Assembly (NCBI RefSeq): GCF_035084215.1
Contig: NC_090353.1
Coordinates: 20,708,001 to 20,772,000, forward strand
DNA from: Heptranchias perlo
Lineage: Eukaryota
Direction of reading: 5' to 3'
Length of the DNA: 64,000 nucleotides
Of the stretch, positions 1 through 11,269 are shown piece after piece. The notes below the pieces were generated by a model that searched no databases, was not told the DNA's origin, and worked only from the letters and a program-made list of their open reading frames with translations. Position numbers and translations under genes: made by a program. Positions within the stretch are counted from its first letter, which is position 1, and every line of letters begins with the position of its first letter.

Positions 1-789
1 TCTTCAAGTCAGACATTTTTCAGATTTTACAGGTAATGGTCTAAAAAAATAGTGCAAAAACATTAGCTTGTCTGTGAATGAAGAGGAACCCTTGGTCATT
101 CTGTTCTATTAAACCCTGCATTGTATGCCTGATTCTTCCTTTGTAGATTTATAGAATGAACAAATATGAGAATATATTAAGTGGGTGCCTGCGTGAGTTC
201 CATTTTATATAGAATTCATTGCACAAGACCTAAGAGGACTGGCTAATTACAGTCGTGTCTGAATTACATTCCTTGATCATTGTGGACATTTTCTTTAGGC
301 TGAATTTACAAAACTAACAAATCAATTGAAAAATCAGCTGCATTCATACATTCTGTTATTTTTAATCCTTCAACTTTTGTGTGTAGGGTGGGTCTCTCTT
401 GGGATGCAAGTGAAGAGGTTATAGCTCTTGAATTGTTATCCCCTAGCTTCAACAGACCACACATGTGGCTTAAAATAGACCAAAAGTCACAACAATTTTC
501 TAAGGCTGCAGCTATGCAGCAAAACGGCTTCAATGTGGGCCGATGTGAAAGTGACAATATAATTGGGATGTCCCCTGCCCACAAGTACAAGAGATGTAAA
601 ACCACCTTGAGTAGGTGGTCTCATGCCACTTGAACTGTGTATTGGGTGTGGTGCAGATTCAGCCCAGTCCAAAGCAGCTCATGAGAAATCCCAGGGACTA
701 TATAAATTTATTTGAAATGTTTTTAACATTGTGAGAAACGATATTCCTGCTCAATTTTTCCTAACATCAAAAGTTAATCACCCACCCTA

Positions 790-894
790 GAAATGAAAAT
801 AGAAAATGCTGGAAACACTCAGCAGGTCAGGCAGCTTCTATGGAGAGAGAAACAGAGTTAACGTTTCAGGTTGATGACCTTTCATCAGAACTGG
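790..894 (-). mobile_element. Penelope-like element terminal fragment containing a hammerhead ribozyme motif
   Basis: Matches a recurrent fish repeat (aaaatgctggaaacactcagcaggtcaggcagc...ttcatcagaactgg). Related copies occur at ~41870-42035 and ~56930-57060. The minus strand carries a hammerhead core. Confidence 0.65.
856..894 (-). ncRNA. Minimal type I hammerhead ribozyme motif
   Basis: Minus strand reads CCAGUU-CUGAUGA-A-AGGU-CAUCA-ACCU-GAAA-CG-UU-AACU: core CUGAUGA and GAAA, stem II AGGU/ACCU, stem I AGUU/AACU, palindromic ACGU stem III. Confidence 0.7.
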
Positions 895-990
895 TCAATG
901 TTCTACACTTGTCTAAGCACAGGTCTCCATTATCGCTAGGCTCAGTGCATGGTGTCGTTAGCAGTACAACTTAGACCTGCTGGCTGAGCA

Positions 991-1308
991 TCACTCAGTA
1001 CATATACCATTATCACCTTTGCTTAGTACATATACCAGTATCAGCTTTGATCAGTACTTGTACCAGTATCAGCTTTGCTCAGTACATATACCAGCATCAG
1101 CTTCGCTCAGTACATATACCAGCATCAGCTTCACTCAGTACATATACCAGCATCAGCTTCGCTCAGTACATATACCAGCATCAGCTTCGCTCAGTACATA
1201 TACCAGCATCAGCTTCGCTCAGTACATATACCAGCATCAGCTTCGCTCAGTACATATACCAGCATCAGCTTCGCTCAGTACATATACCAGCATCAGCTTC
1301 GCTCAGTA
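991..1308. repeat. 28-bp minisatellite (~11 copies)
   Basis: Unit accagcatcagcttcgctcagtacatat. It accounts for the repetitive ORFs at 1019-1625. Confidence 0.95.
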
Positions 1309-1509
1309 GTATGACCATTGACTCTGAGTCAGAAGTTTGTGGGTTCAAAACCCCACTTCAGGACTTGATCATACAATCTAGGCTGAAGATTCAATGCAAT
1401 AATGAGGAACTGCTGCATTGTTGGAGGTGTCATCTTTCAGATGAGATATTAAACCAAGCTCCTTTCTTGCCTGTTCAGGTGGCCCTAAATGATGTGGTTG
1501 CATTATTTA
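1296..1509 (+). mobile_element. tRNA-derived Deu-type SINE, 5' half (cut by L2 insertion)
   Basis: A box gctcagtagt, B box gggttcaaaacc, Deu-like core ggaggtgtcatctttcagatgagatattaaacc. Homologous to 10471-10902. Confidence 0.8.
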
Positions 1510-1514
1510 AGGTC

Positions 1515-2180
1515 AATAAGAACTTGCATTTATATAGCAACTTTAATGTAGTAAAACGTCCCAAGATGCTTCACAGGAGCATTATCAAAAAATACCTGAC
1601 ACTGAGCCACATAAGGAGATATTAGAACAGGTGACCAAAAGCTTGATAAAAGAGGTAGATTTTAAGGAGCATCTTAAAGGAGGAAAGAGAGGTGTAGAGG
1701 TTTACAGCGGAAATTCTAGAGCTTAGGGCCAAGGCAGCTGAAGGCACGTCCGCCAATGGTGGAGCGATTAAAATCAGGAATGCACACGAGGCCAGAATTG
1801 GAAGAATGCAGAGATTTCGGAGGGTTGTAGGGCTGAAAGAGTTTACAGAGATAGGGAGGGGCAAGGCCATGGAGGGATTTGAAAGCAAGGATGAGAATTG
1901 AGGCATTGCCAGACCGGAAGCCAATGTAGGTCAGCGAGCACAGAGGTGATGGGTGAACAGGACTTGTTACAAGTTAGGATATGGGCAGCAGAGTTTTGGA
2001 AGAGCACAAGTTTACGGAGGGTGCAAGGTGGGAGGCCGGCCAGGAGAGCATTGCAACATTCGAGTCTAAAGGTAACAAAGGCATGGATGAGGGTTTCAGC
2101 AGCAGATGAGCTGAGGCAAAGGTGGAGACAGGAAATGTTACGGAGGTGGAAGTAGGCAATCTAGGTGATGGAGCGGATAT
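1515..2180 (-). mobile_element. L2 LINE, 3' part
   Basis: Reverse complement of the L2 tail (aagaacttgcatttatatagc). Minus strand encodes the L2 C-terminal motif PITSVLADLHWL. Continues at 5148-5485. Confidence 0.85.
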
Positions 2181-5147
2181 CATAGAATCATAGAATGGTT
2201 ACAGCACAGAAGGAGGCAATTCGACCCATCGAGCCCGTACCGGCTCTTTCTAAGAGCAGTCCAGTTAGTCCCATTCCCCCACTCTTTCCCCGTAGCCCTG
2301 CAAATTTTTTCCCTTCAAGTATTTATCCAATTCCTTTTTGAAAGCTATGATTGAATCTGCTTCCACCACCCTTTCAGGCAGCGCATTTCATATCATAACT
2401 ACTCTCTGCGTAAAAAAAAAGTTTTTCCGCATGTCGCCTTTGGTTCTTTTGCCAATCACCTTAAATCTGTGTCCTCTGGTTCTCGACCCTTCCACAATGG
2501 GAACAGTTTCTCTTTATTTATTTTATCTAAACCTTTCATAATTTTGAACACTTCTATCAAATCTCCTCTTAATATTCTCTGTTCTAAGGAGAACAATCCC
2601 AGCTTCTCCAGTTTATCCACGTAACTGAAGTCCCTCATCTAGTAAATCTTTTCTGCACCCTCTCTAAGGTCTTCACATCCTTCCTAAAGTGCGGTGTCCA
2701 GAATTGGACACAATACTCCAGCTGTGGCCGAACCAGTGTTTTATAAAGGTTCAACATAACTTCCTCGCTTCTGCACTCTCTGCCTCTATTTATAAAGCCC
2801 AGGATCCCATATGCTTGTTTAAACACTTTCTCAACCTATCCTGCCACCTTCAAAGATTTGTGCACATTTATCCCCTCTTTGTTCCTGCACCCCTTTAGAA
2901 CTGTACCATTTAGTTTATATTGCACCTCTTCATTGTTCCTGCCAAAATGTATCACTTCGCACTTCTCTGCATTAAATTTCGTCTGCCATGTGTCCGCTCA
3001 TTCCACCAGTCTGTCTATGTCCTCTTGAAGTCTATTATTATCCTCCCCACTGTTTACTACACTTCCAGGTTTTGTGTCATCTTCAGATTTTGAAATTGAG
3101 CCCTGTACATTCAAGTCCAAGTCATTAATATATATAAAAAAAAGCAGTGGTCCTAGTACCAACCCCTGGGGAACACCACTGTATACCTTCATCAAAACTG
3201 AAAAACAACCGTTCACCATTACTCTCTGTTTCCTGTCACTTAGCCAATTTTGTATCCATGCTGCCACTGCCCCTTTTATTCCATGGGCTTCAATTTTGCT
3301 GACAAGCATATTATATGGCACTTTATCAAACACATTTTGAATGTCCATATACACATCAACCGCATTGCCCTAATCAACCCTCTCTGTTACCTCATCAAAA
3401 AGCTCAATCAAGTTATTTAAACATGATTTGCCTTTAACAAATCCATGCTGGCTTTCCTTTATTAATCCACACTTATCCAAGTGACTATTAATTTTGTCCC
3501 AGTTTATCATTTCTAAAAGCTTCCCCACCACCAAGGTTAAACTGACTGGCCTGTAGTTGCTGGGTTTATCCTTACGCCCCTTTTTGAACAAGGGGTAACA
3601 CTTGTCATTCTCCAGTCCTCTGGCACCATCCCCATATCTAAGGAGGATTGGATGATTATGGCCAGAACCTCTGCAATTTCTACCCTTACTTTCCTCAGCA
3701 ACCTAGGATGCATCCCATCCGGACCGAGTGACTTATCTACTTTAAGTACAGCCAGCCTTTCTAGTACCTCCTCTTTATCAATTTTTAGCCCATCTCAACT
3801 ATCTCAACTACCTCTTCTTTTACTGTGACTTTGGCAGCATCCTCTTCCTTTGTAAAGACAGATGCAAAGTACTCATTTAGTACCTCAGCCATGCCCTCTG
3901 CCTCCATGCATAGATCTCCTTTTTGGTCCCTAATTGGCCCCATCCCTCCTCTCACTACCCGTTTACTATTTATATGCCAATAGAAGACTTTTAGATTCCC
4001 TTTTATGTTAGCCGCCAGTCTATTCCCATATCCTCTCTTTTTTTTTTATTCGTTCATAGGATGTTGGGGGTCGCTGACGAGCCCAGCATTTATCGCCCAT
4101 CCCTAATTGCCTTGAGAAGGTGGTGGTGAGCCGCCTTCTTGAACTGCTGCAGTCCGTGTGGTGAAGGTTCTCCCACAGTGCTGTTAGGAAGGGAGTTCCA
4201 GGATTTTGACCCAGCGACGATGAAGGAACAGCTATATATTTCCAAGTCGGGATGGTGTGTGACTTGGAAGGGAACGTGTAGGTGGTGTTGTTCCCATGTG
4301 CCTGCTGCCCTTGACCTTCTAGGTGGTAGAGGTCACTGGTTTGGGAGGTGCTGTCAAAGAAGCCTTGGTGAGTTGCTGCAGTGCATCCTGTGGATGGTAC
4401 ACACTGCAGCCACAGTGCGCGGTGGTGAATGGAGTGAATGTTTAGGGTGGTGGATGGGGTGCCAGTCAAGTGGGCTGCTTTGTCCTGGATGGTGTCGAGT
4501 TTCTTGAGTGTTGTTGGAGCTGCACTCATCCAGGCAAGTGGAGAGTATTCCATCACACTCCTGACTTGTGCCTTGTAGATGGTGGAAAGGCTTTGGGGAG
4601 TCAGGAGGTGAGTCACTCACCGCAGAATACCCAGCCTCTGACCTGCTTTTGTAGCCACAGTATTTATATGACTGGTTCAGTTAAGTTTGCCCCTCTTATT
4701 TCTTTTTTCACTTCTCCTCTGTACTTTCTATATTCAGCCTGGTTCTCACTTGTATTATCAACCTGACATCTGTCATACGCCTCCTTTTTCTGCTTCATCT
4801 TACTCTCAATCTCTTTCGTCATCCAGGGAGCTCTGGCTTTGGTTGCCCTACCTTTCCGCCTCGTGGGAATGTATCTTGACTGTACCCGAACCATCTCCTC
4901 TTTGAAGGCCGCCCATTGTTCCATTACAGTTTTGCCTGCCAATCTGAGATTCCAATTTACCTGGGTCAGATCCATTCTCAACCCACTGAAATTGGCCCTC
5001 CTCCAATTAAGTATTTTTACTCTAGATTGTTCCTTGTCCTTTTCCATAACTATTCTAAACCTTATGATACAATGATCACTGTTCCTAAATGTTCCCTCAC
5101 TGAAACTTGCTCCACTTGACCCAATTTATTCCCCAGAACTAGATCCA
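2181..5147 (-). mobile_element. CR1 LINE, 5'-truncated and degraded, inserted in the L2
   Basis: Tail (catagaat)n at 2181. RT fragments NYRPVSLT, GVPQGLVLGPLLF, YKTLVRPQLEYCVQFW. TSD gatat at 2176-2180 and 5148-5152. Confidence 0.92.
4038..4685 (-). mobile_element. 3' fragment of poly(A)-tailed CR1-group LINE nested in CR1
   Basis: Poly(T) at 4038. Closely matches the reverse complement of ~34355-34999. ORF 4020..4616 reads IYKAQVRSVMEYSPLAW. Confidence 0.9.
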
Positions 5148-5485
5148 GATATGGGGTCAGAAGCTTCAGCTCAGAATCAAATAGGATGCCATGGTTGCGA
5201 ACGGTCTGGATCAGCCTCAGATAGTGGCCAACAAGAGGGCTGGAGTCGGTGGCTAGGGAACAGAGTTTGTGGCGAGACAATGGCTTTGGTCTTTCCAATA
5301 TTTAATTGGAGGACATTTCTGCTTATCCGATACTGGATGTCGGACAAGAAGCGTGACAAATCAGAGGCAGTGGAAGGGTCGAGAGAGGTCATGGTGAGGT
5401 CGAGCTGTGTGTCATCAGTGTACATGTGGAACCTGATGTTGTGTTTACAGATGATGTCGCCGAGGACCAGCATGTAGATGAGAAA
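5148..5485 (-). mobile_element. L2 LINE, continuation (RT region)
   Basis: ORF 5177..5473 LGDIICKHNIRFHMYTDDTQL...LQLNIGKTKAI is a typical L2 RT (Y.DD) segment. Confidence 0.85.
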
Positions 5486-5851
5486 TAAGCACAGGTCCGA
5501 ACTAAGCTCAGTGCATGGTGTAGTTAGCAGTATAACTCAGAACTGCTGGCTGAGTGTCACTCAGTACAAATACCAGTATTAGCTTCACTCAGTACATCTA
5601 CCAGTATCAGCTTCGTTCAGTACATATACCAGTATCAGCTTCGCTCAGTAGTATGATCCTAGCCTCTGAGCCAGAAGTTTGTGGGTTCAAAACCCCACTC
5701 CTGCACTTGATCATACAATCTAGGCTGAAGATTCAATGCAGTAATGAGGAACTGCTGCATTGTTGGAGGTGCTATCTTTCATATGAGGTGTTAAATCGAG
5801 CCCCTTTCTTGCCTGTTCAGGTGGCCCTAAATGATGTGGTTGCATTATTTA
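5486..5851 (+). repeat. Direct duplicate of 914-1509 (with fewer 28-bp units)
   Basis: Both copies start taagcacaggtc and end gatgtggttgcattattta. Confidence 0.9.
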
Positions 5852-6053
5852 GACAAGTAGGAAGTAATCCAGGCTAACATTCATCTGTTAAACAAAACTA
5901 TCTCATTTGCTGTTCGTAGGACCATGTTGTGTGCAAATTGGCTGTCATGTTTGCCTACATATCAACAGTAGTTACACTTCAAAAAGTAATTGATTGGCTC
6001 TAGTGCACTTTGGAAAGACCTGAAAGGTGCTTAAAAAAGTGCAAGTTCTTTCT
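5636..6053 (+). mobile_element. Deu-type tRNA-derived SINE, near full length
   Basis: A/B boxes, Deu-like core and L2-like tail (gtgcaagttctttctt). Confidence 0.8.
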
Positions 6054-6492
6054 TGATTTATACCAGTCTGTGATCAATAACTGTAGCCAAAGTCTAAAAA
6101 TACAAAGTAGCAAATGATTCATAATGGCAAGTATTAATTTTCATATTTGCGTGAGAGTTATGACAGGCAATAAATTCATTGATGCCTGTGGTAAACAACA
6201 ATGACTAAAAATATTTACTGTCAGGTATTACGTGGGTGTGTGAATAAAAATATAAAGACCGCAGACTAACTGATAATATGTATGATCCAACCGACAGTGA
6301 TTAACACTGACATTAGGGGAGTCCATGAATGAGAGCAGCAGCATTGCTTAGTCACTCCATTGTTATATGTGTACTGCTGACTTCAGTGAATCTCACTTGA
6401 AGCGGTTATTCATTGTTCTTTAGCTCTGATTTCTGCAAATTATTTCTTTGTTTCTTCTCTTGTTTTCAGAACTTTTATTCATTCACATTAAT

Positions 6493-7996
6493 GGGCCAGA
6501 TTTTGCTGTAGCAGGGCACCTAACAACGTCTGCCATTAGTTAGTCTTCCCCCCGCACCCTTCAACTCAAAATATTTTTGCCCACAAAGTTGCTGAAAGTG
6601 CGAGTTGATAATGGCGCAGCGATTAAAACAGGGCATCAGGAACCTGAGTGAACAGGGCAACCAACAGGGTATCTCCTTAACCAATGAGTTTTAAGGATTG
6701 AGAAATAAACAGGACTGAGAAGGAGGGTGAATTAAAGGGGATGAATTCAAGGTCAAATCAGGTATAGAAAGAGAAATAAAGAGAGGGAAAGAAAGACTGG
6801 ATCAAGAGAGAGAAAAAAGAGACAGAAATAAGAAACATAGGAACATAGGAATATAGGAACAGGAGTAGGCCATTCAGCCCCTCGAGCCTGCTCCGTCATT
6901 TGATAAGATCATGGCTGATCAGTGATCTAATTCCATATACCTGCCTTTGGCCCATAATGCCTTAATACCTTTGGTTGCCAAAAAGCTATCTATCTCACAT
7001 TTAAATTTAGCAATTGAGCTAGTATCGATTGCCGTTTGCGGAAGAAAGTTCCAAACTTCTACCACCCTTTGTGTGTAGAAATGTTTTCTAATCTCACTCC
7101 TGAAAGGTCTGGCTCTAATTTTTAGACTGTGCCCCCTAGTCCTAGAATCCCCAACCAGCGGAAATAGTTTCTCTCAATGCACCCTCACTGTTCCCCTTAA
7201 TATCTTATAAACTTCGATCAGATCACCCCTTAACCTTCTAAACTCTAGAGAATACAACCCCAATTTGTGTAATCTCTCCTCGTAACTTAACCTTTGAAGT
7301 CCGGGTATCATTCTAGTAAACCTATGCTGCACTCCCTCCAAGGCCAATATGTCCTTCTGAAGGTGCGGTGCCCAGAACTGCTCACAGTACTCCAGGTGCG
7401 GTCTAACCAGGGTTTTGTATAGCTGCAGCATAACTTCTGCCCCCTTGTACTTTAGTCCTCTAGATATAAAGGCCAGCATTCCATTAGCCTTATTGATTAT
7501 TTTCTGCACCTGTTCACGACACTTCAATGATCTATGTACCTGAACCCCTAAGTCCCTTTGGACATAAATAAGAAAAATAGGTTAAATTTAAAATTTGACA
7601 TTTTTAAAATCCCCCCGAAAAATTCAAAACCTGAAGGATTCAGACTCCACACTTGTAATAGTTAATTTTCAATGCCAGAGAGGTTGATTGACAGTAATTA
7701 ACAATTATCACATCGTTAAAAGGGTACGTGCACTGCTAATTACTAGTCCTAAATATTTGTGGTGGGTTTAGTTCTTATCTACCATGCAAATACAGCAACG
7801 TCATCACATTCAACGCGTGTCAACAGTGAGGCAGACAGCGAAATGCCGTTTTCGCAAAGCTAACTCACAAAGCAACTTTTGGATATTTGCATTTCACTGC
7901 GCATCTGCTCCTTGCCTGAAATTGCTGTACCATTTATGCATAAATAATGGAGAGCGCCATTCACCTCACCATTATTTTGACAGAAAATTCTGTCCC
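6493..7996 (+). mobile_element. Non-autonomous DNA transposon (Harbinger-like TIRs) interrupted by a CR1 fragment
   Basis: Ends gggccagattttgctg and cagaaaattctgtccc. Collinear with the uninterrupted copy at 48007-48744. Confidence 0.75.
6836..7565 (-). mobile_element. CR1 LINE 3' fragment
   Basis: ORF 7174..7527 reads KANGMLAFISRG...VRPHLEYCEQFWAP. TSD aaataagaaa at 6826-6835 and 7566-7575. Confidence 0.9.
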
Positions 7997-8213
7997 TATA
8001 AATATAGCATATCAACCACAACCACATATTAACCATGGAAATCTGATTAAATAAAATACCATTCTATTACCTTAACCTCCTGGAATATATTTGTCTTTTC
8101 CCACTAAAATGGAAAATATCATATAACCATGTTACAGTTTTGCCTTTCTCCATTAGCATTTGTATAATGTATATGAATGAGTACTGTTGCGTCAAATAAA
8201 AGACTGGGTGGTT

Positions 8214-8480
8214 AAAGAAAGAAGGAACTTGCATTTATATAGTGCCTTTTGCAACCTCAGGATGTCCCAAAGCACTTTACAGCCAATGAAATACTTTTGA
8301 AGTATAGTCAATGTTGTAATGTAATGTGCACAGCAAGCTCCCACAAACAGCAATAAGATATATAGCCAGATAATCTGTTTTAGAAATGTTGGTTGAGGGA
8401 TAAATATCGGCCAAGACCCCGGAGAGAACTCCCCTGCTCTTCTTCGAATTGTGCCATGGGATCTTTTGCGTCCACCTGAG
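8214..8480 (-). mobile_element. Deu-type SINE, 3' half
   Basis: Reverse complement of the SINE body and tail seen at 10640-10900. Confidence 0.8.
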
Positions 8481-10470
8481 TTTTTATCACTTCTATTCAA
8501 TTGTACCTTGAAAATTATGTCTTTTTTTAATTTTCCCCCATCTTGAAGCTAATCCCCTTCTTTAGGGGAAGGAGTTAATGAGACAGTCAGTTTTTTGTTT
8601 CATTCAATAGAAATTGAAAGGTGGCCTCCTGTACCACAAGAAAGAAGTTTTAAAACTAGTTTAAAAACAGGTTTCACAAAGTGCCACTGAGGGTGAGTGC
8701 AGATGAAGCAAGAACTCCTCCTGGACAGGATTCCATTCCCAGGAAGGCACTGACATTTATGGAAATGATTCCACAAGAGCTGGCAGCTCTTCACCGCCTC
8801 ATTCAAGTGGCCATTCTTGATTGTGAACCCAAACTAGTAAGTGTTGGCAGTCTGTTCGACTATAGACACCATCACAACTGAGCTTGACTTCACCTAATGT
8901 CTACGCATGTACACTGCCTACTTGGAGCAGGAATCCACCTTGTGGTTAGCAAGCTGCTCGCATAAAACACGCTCCCCATTAGGTAGCTTGCCAATCTGGA
9001 GACAAGAAATTGGTTGGAGCAGCTGAATGCAAAGGGCCTCCAGCAGCACCTTTTAAAGGGGAAGGTCATTTGCATCAGGCATAAAAAGAAACAGGACTTT
9101 GGAGTAGCAAGCAATGTGTCGACAACAGTAAATACTTTAAATGTGAAAGCCTTTAAGGTACAAAATTCACAAGTAACTCCCTTAAGAAAATGTATTCCAA
9201 CACTCTATCCGGCTTTTCCTGACTGCAGCTGAGGATCTTTTTAAATTATTGTTGGAAATGTCTGCCTCTTGACTTGTACCAGCCATGGGTAGTGGGCGGG
9301 AACAGGAACTAGCAGTAGTCTGGCAGGCAGAGACCAAAATTGTGTTGGGGGACTTAACTGCATCATCTGACCCCTGGTTCTGACTGGAGCTCTGGCTGCC
9401 AGAATGGAGGTCCACCAGAAAATCGGGATGGATGTAAACATAGTGATAAAGTCAGCATAGATACCTGCCCCTCGATTTTGGTCCCACTGCTGACCCGTTT
9501 TTAAACGAGGTGGCAGAAGGACGAGAATCATCCCATGGACTATGGATGGTGTGGACTTGAAGGGCTGAATGGTCTTTTTTCACTCCAGACTTTATTATAA
9601 AGAAGAAGGCAACTTCCCTACTTCTCACAATCAAGCATTAAATAGTCTGTTGAGCATTGCTGTTGCGAAGATAATTCAGCTTTCCAAATTTATGATAAAA
9701 TGATAAGTATGTGCTGGCAGCAGCAAGACTGGGAAAGCGGTGCTGTAGGACAACACAAGACTCCTTAGAGTGTGAAGGACAAACTCAGTGATGGATTTCT
9801 GCCACTGTATTTTTATTGTTATGTTGACGCTCAGATAAAATCAAAAGGCTTGAGTTTGTGATTCTGATCTTCACTTTATTCTTCAGCATTTTAAATGTTG
9901 TTTTGGCTTTACTTTTATAATGATGCCATTGGTAATTCTGTAGGAATTGTCTAATGAAAATGAAACTGTTTGGAAGCACTATTTTTGTAATATAAGACCA
10001 GTCGCAGTCTTCACCAGCCACAGCATTATTTATCTGCAAACTGCTCTTGTCAGTCCCCTACTGGCTGAAGTCTTGACCATCCACTGCTCGGATGTTAACC
10101 CGCGGTGGGTCACAGACACAGTTTCCTGCTGAATGTACGAATGCCTTGAAGGAGAGCCATTACAATTCAAATGAAGAAGCTTGTCTCTGTTTACAGTGCT
10201 CCCTAGTACTGCAACCCACTGCCTTTCTATGGATGGTAGATAATAAAAATGCAGAGCAATAATCGTAATGAGTATGACGGAAAGATAGAGTGGCACTAAT
10301 GTGACCTGCATTGCTGAAAGAACATTTGCCTAAATAACATCTCAAAAATATAATGGGGTAAATTTTTGTCTTCAATGGAATGAAAGTCGGATGGTTCTAT
10401 AACAGGCAGGCAATCTGCTCCACCAGATTGCCAGCCAATGTAGACAAAAATTTACCCCAGGAATTCATTG

Positions 10471-10902
10471 TGTGGGTCAGTGGTAGCACTCTCTCTTCTG
10501 AGTCAGAAGGTTGTGGGTTCAAGTCCCACTCCAGAGACTTGAGCACATAATTTAGGCTGACACTTCAGTGCAGTAGTGAGGGAGTGCTGCACTGTTGTAG
10601 GTGCCATCTTTCAGATGAGACATTAAACCAAGGCCCTCTCAGGTAAAAGATCCCATAGCACTATTTCGAAGAAGAGCAGGGAATTCTACCCAGTGTCCTA
10701 GCTAATATTTATCCTTCATCCAACATCACTTTTAAAAAAAAAACAATTTATCTGGTCATCACCACATTGTTTGTGGGACTTTGCTGTGTGCAAATTAGCT
10801 GCCCCATTTCCTACATTATAAGTGACTACACTTCAAAAATACTTCATTGGCTTTAAAGCGCTTTGAGACATCCTGAGGTCATGAAAGATCTTTCTTTCTT
10901 TC
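10471..10902 (+). mobile_element. Full-length tRNA-derived Deu-type SINE (SacSINE1-like)
   Basis: Head gggtcagtggtagcactctc...gggttcaagtccc, core ggtgccatctttcagatgagacattaaacc, L2-type tail aaagcgctttgagacatcctgaggtcatgaaag. Confidence 0.85.
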
Positions 10903-11269
10903 TCTAACCCTTCAGTCATTTTCTTCCTTGGCTTTTCCCATTAAATACCACAGACACTGAAGGGCCAGTTTAGCCAGACAAGAGACAGGCAGTGGGCCTT
11001 TCTTTTTGGTTTGCCCCCGGATTTATCACTCTTCCTTCAGTGCAAAAAACAACAGTGATGCCAGGCATGAGGCACCAGCTGAGAACACAGTAAGCTCAAA
11101 CTTTGAAGTCATGTTTTTATGGAGAGATGGGAGTCCTTGAAGGAGCCAAATAATATTGTTTTTTAAATCACCGACTCTATTAGTTTGTGGATTTAGGTGT
11201 TTGAGCTAATCAATGATTGCAGCACTGGCTGTCAGTTTATAAGTTTTGAGCACAGGATAACACTTCAAT

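Noticed and set aside
379-633. 84-aa ORF after an acceptor-like tract
   Set aside because: No recognisable domain and no strong donor, so it cannot be supported as an exon.
1019-1625. Repetitive ORFs up to 192 aa
   Set aside because: Read-through of a 28-bp minisatellite, a SINE and an L2 tail.
8640-9100. Possible extremely decayed Harbinger transposase 5' end (minus strand)
   Set aside because: Only faint motif resemblance, too weak without a profile search.
10030-10230. Minus-strand exon candidate with a strong acceptor
   Set aside because: All frames stop soon, no donor is evident and no peptide is recognisable.
10471-10545. tRNA gene
   Set aside because: A/B boxes belong to a SINE head and continue into the SINE core. 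No convincing cloverleaf or terminator.
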